Source: Leucoraja ocellata
Taxonomy: Eukaryota
DNA length: 64,000 bases
Assembly (NCBI GenBank): GCA_036785375.1
Contig: JAWMAR010000361.1
Location: 248,001 to 312,000, forward strand
Direction of reading: 5' to 3'
How positions within the stretch are numbered: the first letter of the stretch is position 1; every line of letters begins with the position of its first letter. The notes beneath the pieces were generated by a model, which did not search any database, was not told where the DNA came from, and was given only the letters and a program-made list of their open reading frames with translations. Shown here in pieces: positions 1 through 12,639 of this stretch. Both the position numbers and the translations under genes were made by a program.

Positions 1-85
1 AGACTGTCCCACTTTACGGGACAATGGCAAATGGCACAGAAATAACCGTAGCTACCTTCTAAAGTTTTCTTTAAAAAAAAGATCA
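1..85 (-). other. COX10: Start of COX10 3' UTR (continues outside window)
   Basis: Directly downstream of the TAA stop; no AATAAA seen in this stretch. Confidence 0.85.
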
Positions 86-510
86 TTACACTTGCATTTC
101 TGTTTGAACTTGATGTTGGATCGTACTCTCACTACCAGCTATCGATTTCTTGCAGGTCAGCATGAGGAGCAGTAACATTGGAAGGTGCCACAGGCTACAG
201 AAGAAAAGTTTGCGAGCACTGTTACGGCTGGAGTCCCTGTAAAATCGGTAGCCGAGATAGCTGATGTACAAGTTTATTGGGAGTGAAATGAGGGGAAAGG
301 TCCACGTGGTCACATCAAAGACGGAACAGAGCGTTGATAGTCCAATGAGACCAAAGCAGTGGCGGAATGCCACCCGTTTACAGAGCGCGGGGTGCGTGAC
401 GGACATCATACGGTATCCTCCTCGTGAATAATCCTCTCTGAGGTTCCAGCTTAACGCATTGAAATGTGGGAACTGCCAGGAGTAGAGAATGCCACCTAAT
501 AACAAGGCAC
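86..510 (-). CDS. COX10: COX10 terminal coding exon (equivalent to human exon 7)
   Basis: Acceptor ctttgtttAG (plus-strand ct at 511-512). Reads G|[39 protein letters not shown]...[20 protein letters not shown], stop TAA at 88-86. Phase 1 matches the upstream exon. Confidence 0.97.
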
Positions 511-603
511 CTAAACAAAGAGAAAGGGAGATGTCTTAGGTTTGAAACATTACGGAATTAAATGTTTCTTGCCCCACATTATTGAATTCCGTTAAGAATA
601 TAG

Positions 604-738
604 AGAAGCAAAAAAATCTGCGAGTGCTGGTTTACAAAAAAAAAAGTAATGCTGGAGTGACTCAGCAGGTCAAGAAGCATCCGAGGTGGGTCACCACAGA
701 TGCTGCCTAACCTACCGTTACTCCAGTACTGTTTTTTT
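604..738. mobile_element. Foldback remnant of PLE terminal repeat, hammerhead centre deleted
   Basis: tgctggagtgactcagcaggtcaagaagcatc followed by the inverted arm gatgctgcctaacctaccgttactccagtac. Confidence 0.65.
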
Positions 739-815
739 CCCTTTAAAAATATCTTTTACAAAACATTTTCCCTTTTCAAGGTTGAAGCCCTTCTGAAGTA
801 CAGCAATATCAAGTT

Positions 816-912
816 GGTCGGAAGAAGGGTTTCGGCCCGAAACGTTGCCTATTTCCTTCGCTCCATAGATGCTGCTGCACCCGCTGAGTTTCACCAACAT
901 TTTTGTGTACCT
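816..912 (+). mobile_element. PLE terminal repeat with mutated hammerhead core
   Basis: ggtCGGAAGAAGGGTTTCGGCCCGAAACGTTgcc; CTGA has become CGGA. Downstream sequence is nearly identical to the 61457 copy. Confidence 0.8.
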
Positions 913-1543
913 ACGGCAATATCAACTTTGATTATTCTTTTACACATTACAATGCCCAGCATGCACATTGTTTTGCCATTAACAATGCATAACAGCTTCT
1001 TAAAACCAGGTGAAACAAATACAGAATTAAAAAGAGCACTTAAAAGTGAATACCAAGCACATTTTTTAACTTTTTGATTCACGTTAATTCTGCCTTGTGA
1101 GTCGATAAGTCCACTGCAATGTCTTATCTGAAAAATTGTGTACACACAAAAACTAATTTCACAGAAGATCAATGTGGCATCAGATTTAATCTACTTAAGA
1201 TGTCATATGTGCTAATTAATGACTCAGAATGTGATTAAAAATGTGAACTGTTTTAGTTTGCTTAAAAATTCATTTTACAAAAGCAAGATATTAATTATAT
1301 TACAGATGCAAAAAAATAAAAAGAGTGAAGGAGCCAAGGGCATGGTTTGTGCAGTTATATCAGTTATATACTGTGTCCAGATTTGTACACAATTCACTAA
1401 CAGCAGGCTAAACAGTGATTAAGGCCTTACAAAGTAATATCAAAGCCAAGACATGGAGTTGTTCTCGAGTGGGGGACAGAAAATCAAACACAAATTCACT
1501 TCATATAGGCCTTTGAGCAAGCATTGGACGATGTAAACAACAA

Positions 1544-1946
1544 CTCTGCACAGTTCACATTAACCAACCTGATCTCCCGGTAACTCAGCACTTCAACTCC
1601 CCCCTCCCATTCCGAATCCAACCTTTCTGTCTTGGGCCTCCTCCATGGCCAGAGTGAGTCCCACTGCAAATTGGAGGAGCAGCACCTCATATTTCGCTTG
1701 GGTAGTTTACACCCCAGCGGTATGAACATTGGCCTCCAATTTCAGGTAGTCCTTGCTCTCTTCCTCCTTCCCCTCCCCTTCCCAGCTTTCCCACGGCTCA
1801 CTGTCTCCGCTTCTTCTGTTCTTCATTCCCCCCCCCCCCCCCCCCCACATCGGTCTGAAGAAGGGCCTCGACCCGAAACGTCACCTATTCCTTCGCTCCA
1901 TAGATGCTGCCTCACCCACTGAGTTTCTCCAGCATTTTTGTCTACC
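1544..1946 (+). mobile_element. 5'-truncated Penelope-like retroelement: GIY-YIG endonuclease C-terminus, pyrimidine-rich UTR and terminal repeat
   Basis: Translates PDLPVTQHFNS/PSHSESNLSVLGLLHGQSESHCKLEEQHLIFRLGSLHPSGMNI, with a +1 frameshift in poly-C near 1601. This fits the E..I..L....P.G.N ending of PLE endonucleases. The hammerhead-bearing repeat follows. Confidence 0.85.
1852..1885 (+). ncRNA. Minimal type I hammerhead ribozyme motif
   Basis: GGT-CTGAAGA-A-GGG(cctcga)CCC-GAAA-CGTC^-ACC. Both core boxes present, stem I GGT/ACC, stem II GGG/CCC, palindromic ACGT stem III, predicted cleavage after C1882. Confidence 0.75.
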
Positions 1947-2139
1947 ATCTGTAGGGTGGAAATTATTGTGCAATGTTGGGTAGAGAATCCATTTGAGAAG
2001 GCCTTTACCAGCTCTCTCCTCACTCCGACATGACTACAAACAGGATTGGGAAGTGCAAAATTTACAAAAAATACAGGAGGAGGGATCAGCTGCCATACAT
2101 TATGTTTTACAAGCTTACAGAATCCTTTGCCTCTGTCAA

Positions 2140-2284
2140 CCCAGGGCAACTGTGGAGAATCCTTCTCAAATCTGGTTGATCCCAGAAGTTCATCGACATT
2201 GCAGAGAGTTGTGGAGCATCATGCAGATCAGCCTCCCTTCCATCTACACTTCACGCTGCCTCGGCAAGGCCACCAGCATAATCA
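2140..2284 (+). mobile_element. Rex1/Babar-like LINE ORF fragment
   Basis: Decayed LQRVV...LPSIYTSRCLGKATSII peptide typical of the post-RT region (recalled similarity). Confidence 0.6.
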
Positions 2285-2385
2285 ATAGACAATAGACAAT
2301 AGGTGCAGGAGTAGGCCATTCGGCCCTTCGAGCCAGCACTGCCAGTCAATATGATCATGGTTGATCATCCCCAATCAGTACCCCA
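2285..2385 (-). mobile_element. CR1/HER1-like LINE 3' end
   Basis: caatagacaataggtgcaggagtaggccattcggcccttcgagcc; reverse complement of the tail at 8430-8490 and same family as 59797. Confidence 0.75.
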
Positions 2386-4100
2386 ATAGTTGGGTTAAAT
2401 GGCCTGTTCCATGGCGTATGATTCAATAATTTCATTAATAACAGGTAAAAGACACAACGGCAGAAATAGAATACAATGTGCAATTACAAAAAACTATGAA
2501 TTGAGGAAGAATTCATTATCATGATGATGATTATAATTCTCCCCACAGGAAGGACAAAAATGATATGCTGTAATTACCCTTTGACTGCCTTCTTTATGGT
2601 TCACAGCATGGAAGTGACAGGCATTAGCCTTGTTTACATTAGCAGATGGAATGGGTATCTAGTCCGTGAAGATGTCCAATCCTGAAACTGCCCTGTTTAC
2701 ATTAGTGTCTCAGAGCAGGGTCACTCTGATGACAGATTACGAGTTACATTTGCTCCGTTCACTTGGAAATATGTCAGAGAAACAGCGAGCTTCACTGTTC
2801 CCAGGTAGCTCAAAGGCCATTAGTGTGGCCGCTAGTGGCAGCAGTTTATGTAGAACTTATACTGATGTCAAAGTATTAAAAAAATACACTGAGTAGGAAA
2901 ATGCTTATGGTTCCAGAAAGACAATTATACCACAGACATTGTGTAGAGTGTTGAATTGTTATGAAATGAATTGGAATTTAGCCTTGATTTCAGATAATCG
3001 ACATCTGCTAAAATGATTTTGACATTTGTTCATGTTAATTGCAATTTATTACAAGGACCTATTCAGATACATATTCTGAATGTGAACTTAAGCTAGAGTG
3101 CATGCCCTTATATTGCATTTACTGTATGTGTTGGTGGTTCTAATGGAATGAAGATTTGTTTACACTTGGGGGGATCCTGCCTTGCTGAGATCCAGAGATA
3201 CAAATATAGACAGCTCCACTTAAATGTGCCTCCGTCTTTTAAATAGGGTTACAGCAGAGACCACAGTGTACAAAAAAATGGAATGTGTTTAAAACTTAAT
3301 TTTGAGCTCACTTCCCACCAACCATTGAAGTTTGAATATGCCTGCTAGCAACAGGGCAGAAACATCTTCATTAATCCACTTTAGATAAAGCAATATTGAA
3401 GTAGAAACATTCAATGAGTGAAAATTGCAGCAGCTTTTTGTATCATTAATATCTGGGATAAAACATTGGTCCTTGGAATCGTGGTGACCTGAGGCCACCA
3501 AGGATGCATCGTGTCAAGCGCTCTTCCACAGTGCCACCACCCACCATGAGAAAATCTCTTTATCTGATGAACAATTAATGATAAGGGCCATTGTGTGTCC
3601 ACTGGGACAGGGTTAGATCAGCAGTTGGGTGGTTTGTGCATTAGTTATAAGCCTTTAACTTGTGCTTTTCTGCATTTGGTTTAGGAATAAGATAGCATTT
3701 AGCAACAAGCATGTCAAGTGCATTCGATGATTTGAATGTGTGCCCGGAAAATATTCATTCATCTAAATGGCTGCAGACGTTGTTTATGTCTAATTAAACC
3801 TTGGTGCCGGAAAGAGTCAGGTTTAGAAATAATCATGGGATGAACATTCATTGAACTATCACTTTGATCCTAACAGGAACAGAGACTCAATGACATCCTG
3901 CGTAAACAACCAAACACAGCTAATTGGTTTAAATTATAAAACTGATGGCCATTTAATGCACGGTGAACAACAGACTTAACCCAACAATGTTGATGCGCAC
4001 ATTGATGGTTCATGAGGGAGAGCACTTTAGAAATATGACTAGATCAGTTCAAAATAAGTGTTTAAAGGAATATAATTTATGTTACAGAGATAAACATTTT

Positions 4101-4373
4101 GGCAGCACAGAGGCGCAGTGGTAGAGCTGCTGCCTTACAGAATTACCAGAGACCTGGGTTTGATCCTGACCAAGCGTGCTGTCTCACTGTGACTGCATGG
4201 GTTTTATCCGGGTGCGCCCATTTCCTCCCACATGCCAGACACGTACAGGTTTGTTGGTGAATTGTAAATTGTTCTAGTCTGTAGGATAGCATTAGAATAC
4301 GGGGTGATCGTTGGTCGGTGTGGACTTGGTGCGCCGAAGGGCCTGTTTCCACATTGCATCTCTAAAATCTAAA
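4101..4373 (+). mobile_element. HE1-like tRNA-derived V-SINE, near full length
   Basis: tRNA-like head (ggcgcagtggtagagc; ggtttgatcc), V-core (gggtgcgcccatttcctcccacatgccagacacgtac), LINE-type tail gccgaagggcctgtttcc...tctctaaa. Confidence 0.85.
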
Positions 4374-4722
4374 GTGATAATACACATCTGTAAGAAATCA
4401 GCTATCCCTTATTCATCTACTCAGTACGTTCCAATAAGTTGATCCTCCACTGTATTTGATTCATCTTTCAACCAACTCACAGGTACAGACCTTCCAGGTG
4501 CAAGATTTAGTTATTCAACACTAATGATACAACATTGTTAAGGTTTTTCCACCTAGTCTGACCCAATGAACAGTTGTATCAGATAATGGGAGATTTTGTT
4601 CCTCAAAGCTGTTCATCTTAAAATTTACAATTGATATAGATGAGTTTTTACAAAATCAAATTGCTGTATGGTTAATGCACATCTTTAATCTTCCTGGGAA
4701 GATTGATTAGTAAAGGACTTAC

Positions 4723-4955
4723 CTGCGCCGATGCTGCCAGTGGCTGCTGTCCAGCCCATGACTGGAGGAATAGCACCAACTACAGAGCCCACCCAGGTGT
4801 TGAGAATACTCAGCCGTTTCATTGGGGTGTAGCAACATGTGTAGAGGAAAAGGTTAAAGGCTCCCAATGCTCCAGTTAGTGGGTTAATTCCAAGTGCCAA
4901 TATCGCTATACCGGGCACCCCGCAGGCAGCAGCGAAGGATACTGCATGTAAAGGA
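4723..4955 (-). CDS. COX10: COX10 internal exon, 233 bp (equivalent to human exon 6)
   Basis: Acceptor AG at 4957-4956, donor GTAAGT at 4722-4717. Encodes (S)[77 protein letters not shown](G). Confidence 0.97.
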
Positions 4956-5210
4956 CTAGGGGTTTAAAAGAAAACACACAGATCAGCAAGTTGGATATGT
5001 AATTCACAGGTAGCCAGAAGAAAAGTTAATCTCTACTTTTCAATAACACACTGTTTAAGATCCCAGGGCTGCACAACTGGTGATACAGTACATTATAAAC
5101 TCAAAAAGTTGCCAGTTTTCATTTTCTCCCTTGCCATCCCATGCCACAAAACATGTACATCAGTTATAGGTGTTTAGTTTGAGATTATGAATGAACTTGC
5201 TTATGCTACT

Positions 5211-5515
5211 TTTAGTATCGTTTAGAGATATAGCTGTGAAATAGGCCCTGCACGAGTCTGCATCGACCAATGATCCCCATACACTTGCACTATTCTACAT
5301 ACTGTACTGGGGACAATTTATAATTTTTTACCAAAGTCAATTAACCTACAAACGTGTACGTCTTTGGATTGTGGGAGGAATCAGGAGCACCCAGAGATAA
5401 CCCATGCGGTCACAGGGAGAACGTACAAACTCCCTACAGACAGCACAGTTAGAATCAAACCTGGGTCTCTGGCGCTGTAAGGCAGCAACACAACCACTAT
5501 GCTACCGTGCTGCCC
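5211..5515 (-). mobile_element. HE1-like V-SINE
   Basis: Reverse complement of the 4101 family across head, core and tail. Confidence 0.85.
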
Positions 5516-6299
5516 TTATAGTTAGGCAAATATTAATTTCCTCGATCAACGATGGGTATGATGGAGTGCAATGAAGTCTCAAATGAGTATTTTGTTTTCA
5601 AAATGACTGCATTAAAAACTATTAATTGTAAGGAACTACACAAGTTTTCTTTTTACTCTTCTGAAATTCGGTAGAGCACATTTATCAGTTCACATTTGCA
5701 AGGACCTCTGGAAGAGTGAATAATGGGAGGATGTTTCACATAGGCTATTTAATGACCCATCTGGACATGACAAACATTGCTCCACACATTAGGCTGACTG
5801 AACACAAACTCAGCAGTGATTAAATGAACCATAGATTGCACACAAACGGTGATAATCGTTACACATCAAGCTTGTTTGTTTATTGAACATTCAGCAACTT
5901 TCAGCAGGATATATTTAAATCATTTTTACAACTTCAGGATGACAAATTGGCTTGTGTAATTTCCATATATTAATTGAACTAATACAATTAAGTTCTAGGA
6001 ATCAGTGGCATCTTTCCTGATGTTTCGGAGTTTATTGCGTGAGAAAGGGGCAGGTTGGGTTCCAGATTTCAGCTGCTTGATTTCCCAAACATAAATTGCT
6101 CCCAGCAAACCCAGGTGAACAAAGCTGAGCCCCTGCTGATGTGCATGATTACTCAGGGTAGTAGACATGAGCAAGAGAAGCACATTCAGCCCTTCAGGAG
6201 GCTGTCTATTACTATAGTTTGTATTTGAAAGCCACATTCTGGCCCTGCTCCAAAATCGTAGAGTTTTGCAAATATCCAGCAATCTATAGGGTTAATTTA

Positions 6300-6420
6300 A
6301 GGGGAGCATTTGATGGCTTTGGGCCCATACATGCCAGAGTTTAGAAGGATGAAATCTAGCAAATAACGAAAGGCCTAGATAGAATGGATGTGGAGAGGAT
6401 GTTTCCTGTAGTGAAGAACT
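6300..6420 (+). mobile_element. CR1-like LINE fragment
   Basis: gagtttagaaggatga...aaaggcctagatagaatggatgtggagaggatgtttcct (KGLDRMDVERMFP). Confidence 0.65.
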
Positions 6421-7292
6421 GGCTTCTAGAAAGGAAAACAATTAAACCTGAAACTAAGGTGAAATGGTGATATAAAAAACATTGATATCAAAATAGAACA
6501 ATGTTGGTTTGTAACTTTTACTGCACTGTTCTGGTTACCAAGCATGTTAGAAACGAGTTGCTCCTGAGTTTGATCTAATTCCTTTGGAATTACTGGTGCA
6601 AACAGCCCAAGAGTTGCAATAGCAGGTTATCTGTATGGTGATACAATGTTATTCTCAGTGCAACAGACTCGGGAATCAATTGCCATTCGAGGCAGGCTTA
6701 ACTGGTTTCATCAGGTCAGTTTTATTTCGAATTACCACCTTATTTGTTCATTTGTCAGAATCATTGGTTACTTCAGCGATCGTTGTCCATCCCTTGTTAC
6801 CACATTGTCATGAAACCACAGAGAGACCTGACTGTGTTTCCTCTTGTGAAGGGCACTGGTGAACCAAATGAGTTCTCACGACAAGCTTTTAGTTGTCTAG
6901 ATTACTGTTAGCTGGCCTTTTCTTTCCAATTACAGTTTTGCTCAAGGCTCCAGTATCTGCAGCACCACATGCCTGCTGATTACTAGTGCACTACCAGCAC
7001 TATACTGTAAATGGGCTGCATGTTCCATGGAAGTCGGTGGGAGGAGCCAGATCATCTGCAGGTCACCCCTTCCTCAAGTCTGATAGCTGATGTCCACAAT
7101 TTCTGCTTAATTTGCAAAACCTATAGGTGCCAGGGATTCATTTCAGTTTTGCATCTGCAGCTCAAAGAGACTCTGATCCGTTTTGCAGCAGAGATGTAGT
7201 TTGCAAGTTGATATACCGTTATTACTTTTCTGAATGATGGATTTTATAACACATGAATGCAAAAAAAGATAGCATAAGTATAGTGTATCGCA

Positions 7293-7358
7293 GTGGGTCA
7301 GGCAGCATCTGTGGAGGGAGTGGATAGGTGATGTTTCGGCTCTGAATCCTTCTTCCAG
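7293..7358 (-). mobile_element. Decayed PLE terminal repeat
   Basis: gggtcaggcagcatctgtggag...ggataggtgatgtttcgg...ccttcttccag. Confidence 0.65.
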
Positions 7359-8331
7359 TTCCGAGGAACAGAAGATGGATGTGTGTTAATTTTATTTAAT
7401 GAGGGATGGCCATTGCATTCTAGCTAACAGATGGTGTTGACAAAGGCTTTGTCCATTGGCAAGGGGGTCCAAGCAATCAGGAGGTCATGCTGCACAATCT
7501 TATGTCTCTTAAGGATGGGATAATATATATTTTTTTTACAGTGATTTATGATTGTACCAATGCTCCAGCATGTGGACATAAACAAGGTTGATTTATTATC
7601 ATTCCATCATCAACAAATTAATATTTCACACAAAAGGAAGGAAAATCTAATATTACCTCAAAATATCAAAATGTGACATTATCTAAAAATTATTGGTTTG
7701 AATCTTCAGGAATTCTGAACCTGGCTTCACGCATTGTTCAAAATCTATTGTGCAAACTCCAGCACTATTTTAATTCTTTACTCGCTAAACTATTTATATA
7801 ATTGTTAAAAACAACTTTCAGTTGGTTATTGACATTTTTTTAAGGAATGTGCGCTTATTTCACCAAAAAAGGTCTATGGAGCTCTCCGATGTAAATATTA
7901 ATGACAGTATCTTTTACAAAGGGTTTTTGGGGGCAGGTGTTGTTGCTTCATAATTGGGTAGCATGAACAAGTTCTGCTGCAGAGCCAGGCGTTACTTCCT
8001 ATCCATCATCCCAAATCTAACCAGGAACATGATGGAGTTGCAGTAGCCTGTCAAATGAGGATGGCAACCACTTTAAACACATCAAGGTTGGTTACACAAT
8101 TGGCCCATGATCAGGGCAGCCACTTATGCTTTATCACAGCAGAGAGATTATTAACCTCAACACAGTAAAGAGGAATCAAATTACATTTCAATTCACTTAA
8201 AAATAGATTTTTTTTAGACCTGCAAGCTCTTTACAGCATTGGAGCGCTTTTGAAGTTTTCTTTTTCAAAAGCTTTTGCCCCTAATTTTTTTATGTGAGGT
8301 TTGGATTCCAGTTAGATGAGTTAGGGCTTAT

Positions 8332-8491
8332 GAGTTAGATGTGGCCCTTGTGGCTAAAGGGATCAGGGGGTATGGAGAGAAGGTAGGTACAGGATACTGA
8401 GTTAGATGATCAGCCATGATCATATTGAAAGGCGGTGCAGGCTCGAAGGGCCGAATGGCCTACTCCTGCACCTATTTTCTATGTTTCTATG
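8332..8491 (+). mobile_element. CR1/HER1-like LINE 3' end
   Basis: gatcagccatgatcatattgaaaggcggtgcaggctcgaagggccgaatggcctactcctgcacctattttctatgtttctatg. Confidence 0.8.
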
Positions 8492-8492
8492 A

Positions 8493-8618
8493 GACTGCTG
8501 TTGCTGGAATCTTGCACACAAAACAAATGACTGGAGTTACTCAGTAGTTCAGACAGCATCTGTGGAGACAATGTTTTGGGCTGGACCTTTCTTCAGACTC
8601 CAGCAGTTTGTATTTATG
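8493..8618 (-). mobile_element. Decayed PLE terminal repeat with short inverted arm
   Basis: tgctggaatcttg...ctggagttactcagt...cagcatctgtggag...cttcagact, then ccagcagtttgtattt. Confidence 0.6.
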
Positions 8619-9614
8619 ACTGTCATCTTTATTTTCCATTCTATTGTTCTGCATTCATGATGCCCATCAACACATCTGATTGATATATTATTAATGGTTA
8701 ACATTTTCTACAAACATCAACTTAAGAGCAAAAAAAAGATCAGAATAATTAACCAAAAACACAATTCCTAATGAAACTTAATTAAAAGAGCCTTCAAGAT
8801 TCAACATTGCCTGTACCAAATGTAAAAAACGATTGGATTAAACACTCATCAGAACAAGCTCCTTAAAGATTCTCCTTAAAAACTCCTGTTGCGGGCATGA
8901 ATGCTATATTACTCTTCCACTTAATACTTCATCCAAACATAATAGGAACTTACACAGGATCAATGTGAAATGGGCAGGTCAGAATACACATAAATATGAT
9001 AGATTATAAATAAAACACCATAAAAAAGTTTTGCTTCATTCAGCTTTCATGGCTGAGGAATGGGATTCAATTTGAAATTGGAGTGAGTGTTTGCAGAATC
9101 CATGAATAAAAATTACATTTAACAGTTTCATAAATCCTATTTTATATTAATAGGCTAAACTGTTCTCTTCAATAAACCAGTCTCAACCATTGAAACAATT
9201 GGCTTTGAAATGTGGTGGATAGGATACATTTATTGAATATTATAAAATAATTTATTCATGTAGATTCTGTGATGACTTTTTTCAAAAGTAGTACGCACAC
9301 TCAGGTGATACTCAAGATGGGTTTAAACCAATATTTCATGAATATTCAACATAACTTCCTTGCTTCTCCACACATTTATTTATCAAATCCCAAATTCCAT
9401 GTTCGTCTATGTCTACTTTTTCAATTTCCCATCTCCTCTGCCACCTTGCCAAGACATGCGGACAAAACCCCAGGACTTGTGAGCTCCACCGAAGTAAACA
9501 CGTTAGATTCGAGTAAATGTGCGGATAAATGCATGTAACAGCCACTGGTATCTCAAGCCCATCAAAGCCAGCCATTGAATATGGGATATCCAGATTCTGT
9601 ACCATTGTAACAAG

Positions 9615-9817
9615 GCACAATTCATTGTTTTTTACCAAAGCCAAATTAACTTACAAACCTGTATGTCTTTGTGGTGTGGGACGAACCCGGGGCACCTGGG
9701 GAAAATTCAAACGGTCACGTGGAAAACGTACAATTTCCGTACAGACAGCACCTGTAGTCAGGATCGAACTCAGATCTCTGATGCTGTAAGGAAGCAACTC
9801 TACAGCTGCTCTACCAT
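9615..9817 (-). mobile_element. HE1-like V-SINE (tail lost)
   Basis: acaaacctgtatgtctttg...cgtacagacagcacctgtagtcaggatcgaac. Confidence 0.8.
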
Positions 9818-11344
9818 TATATTTTACATAATACCTAAAATTAACTGAACCCTATGATGTGCTATGCAACTCCACATTAACTCATGATACCAAAACAGGG
9901 GCGGAAATTTGTTTTCTGAGCTCTCATCACTCGCTACTTTTTTTGTCCCCCTTTCTCAGTTAAGTAAAAAGGGATAATACAATATGTTATTTTGACAATC
10001 TGCTAGAATCAATAGGATTCTCACAAATAAACTGAAAATGTGTGCACATATTCTTCAAAATATAGTTACTCAGTTAACAGATTGTGACATTGGAATGAAA
10101 TTTGCAGTTTAGAAAGATGAGTACACATTTTATGAGATATTGTAAAAGTGATGTAAGAAATGATACTGTCTTATTTTGAGCTTTAATGATCGTATAAATG
10201 CTTAATTAAATATTTTACTGCTCTGAACAAGTTTCAGTTGCCAAAGGTGGAACATCCATAACATTATAGGGATTACATTTAGAAAATTTAAATTTGGAAT
10301 TACAACTATCTGCCTGCTCTTGGAATTAAAATAGGTAGAATTACAAACCATGAATTGTACATTAGTGAGGATAGTTCCATAAAATTAACTCAGTTTGACC
10401 TCTGGAAGAAGATGAGAGCAACAGTGAAGGCAGCTCCATTAGGAGTCCATCGTTCTTCTCTGCTCCTCACCAAAAGCAGATGGAGCCTTCAGTTAGGAAA
10501 ATGGACTGTGACTCCAAGTTTATAGATGAGCATCTGGGATGTTTCCTCACACAGCGTGAGGTATAACGCAGTCAAATTTATCAAGTGCCCGAGCTTGCAA
10601 TTAATGTGTTGGAAACCTGCATTGTACACCTCTGGATGCATGGCCCCCTAGCCTCCGGAAAGTAATGAAAGAATGTCTTGAAATGTGAAGAGTCAATAGC
10701 GTGCATGCAAGATTAATGTGTAAGAATCCAAGGTCGTGAGACCACTGGAATTTTACATCATGATGCTTTAAGTTTTATACCTTTGAGGCAGAGCACACTG
10801 GTGAGAGAGTAAAACGTCACAGAGCGCTCTGTAATTGTTGAGATCAAAATCACAGTGCACATTAAATGAATGTACGAGAGGAATCTGCGTTGAATCATTT
10901 CATTTTTTCATCTAAATCTTTAGAACAGTGTCGGTTCAGTGATTTTAACAACATAGACTAGTTTACATTTTAACAAAAGAATGGCATTTCATTGATTGTT
11001 TCTTTCCTGTACTGGAAGAGACCTGAAACCAATACTTTAAATGACTCTATGGGGACAGGCAATTTTGGAAATGCAATGTGCAGCTCAAAATGTGCAGGAG
11101 GCATATATTCCAATTAGTCACTTTTTTTTTTTAAACAAAATCTATCGCCAAAAAATTACATCCCTGGTATATAGTGCAAAATGCTTTTGTCGTAGAGGAG
11201 ATATATTATACTTTTGCATTGAAAACTTAGGTCTATTTATGTCCAGGGAAATAAATTTTGGAACCACAATAATACATCACTGCTATTATATAGCCGGCTT
11301 AGATGTGTCAGTCAGGGTAAATATCAGGGTTCAGGGTTGATAAC

Positions 11345-11930
11345 ATTATCTAAGAAAGATCTTATCTAGCCTTGAAAATGGTTCAGTACAGAAGTTTCAA
11401 TAACTATTGCGTGTGGAGTGAAAGAGTTCTAAATTTCTGCTATTACTTTTATGGAACTAATTTAACTTCTACTTGATCAGGCAGTAATCTTATTTTTTTC
11501 TCTTGTTCGGGAATCCTCAACGCATGGAATAGTTTCTCCGGATTTATCCGACTGAATCCCTTTAAACATCTTAATTAAATAGATAACCTCTCAGCCTTTT
11601 AAACTCGAGGGAATATAAGCCAAGTCCATATAATTGGTCTACAAAATTAAATCTTATAAACTCTGATATTATTATGGTGAATCTCTGCATTATTAGTGTT
11701 GGAGATGAATAATGCGTTAAACTGAACAAAAAAATAGTCCAGAGGCAATTCAACTCCAACTCCATACAACTAGAGAATAACCTACTCTCTTTCTATCCGA
11801 CCTTTTTTAGAGAAAGGCCAACAGTACATCAGTATTTTCTTATTAGTTTTTCTGCCTGTAGGGCAACTTTTAGTGATCTGTGTTCACAGAGAGCTAAATT
11901 TCTTTGCTACTTTGCAGCTCCTAATTCCTC
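11345..11930 (-). mobile_element. Old CR1-like LINE fragment
   Basis: Minus-strand peptide QLYGLGLYSLEFKRLRGYL matches the CR1 ORF2 C-terminal motif L.L.SLE.RRLRGDL. Confidence 0.6.
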
Positions 11931-12568
11931 ATCACCAGCATCTTATTTTGAGCAGATACTACTGGAGCAGAGAAATTAAACATCAGAAGTTTCAAAATGT
12001 AGTACGACTGAACGCTCATTATGTGGAATTGGAATAATAAGGTGGTTGGTTGTTCAGAGACAGCTGAAGCAATTGAGAATTTTTAAACTTTCATTCAATT
12101 TGCTTCACATTATAGAGGCAAATAGAATGGAACGTTTGATCTTGAAGTCTGGAATTCAAGATCAGCTTGTCTTTCTAGTTCACATTACACATTACAGGTC
12201 CATCACTGATTTTTCGTTAAACTGAGCAAAATTAAGAGAGCATTGCGTCTGGTGCATGCTCTTTAGGGATGTGTGCCTCTGTCATGAAAGAGTTAATTAT
12301 TTACTTATTTGTTAATTGCTATTTTTTTATTTAAGTTTCCAGCAGTCCATGGTACTATAGAAACACAGGAGGGGTATAATTAGTGGGCCAATAATTGTTG
12401 AAGTATTATTACACAACCTCTGTTGGTCCGGCAAAATGGATAATCTGACAAGGCTCTGGAACCAAGGATGGTAGACTTGTACCAACACACATTTCTAATT
12501 CTATAAATCCTTAAAAAAATACTTGAAATTGTTAAAAGTAGCAAGTACAATGGTGAAAGAAGACTAAC

Positions 12569-12639
12569 CTAATCTGCCCCCTGACAAGAGGTCGGTTCTT
12601 TGTCCTGTTCATGTTCGAGTCAAAGGGCACCTCGAAAAA
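12569..12639 (-). CDS. COX10: COX10 internal exon, 71 bp (equivalent to human exon 5); not in ORF track
   Basis: catgcAG|TTT TTC GAG...CAG ATT AG|GTTAGT. Encodes [23 protein letters not shown](S), the acidic/RTxxRPL motif of UbiA-family heme O synthases. Phases 0/2 fit both neighbours. Confidence 0.97.

Noticed and set aside
5-23. TGTCCC-7nt-GGGACA hairpin in the COX10 3' UTR as a possible iron-responsive element
   Set aside because: The sense-strand loop GUAAAGU is not CAGUGN. The stem is only 6 bp and lies at the window edge; it partly resembles the Harbinger TIR.
4101-4175. tRNA-like sequence with A/B boxes
   Set aside because: No complete cloverleaf; it continues into the SINE core and tail, so it is a SINE head rather than a tRNA gene.
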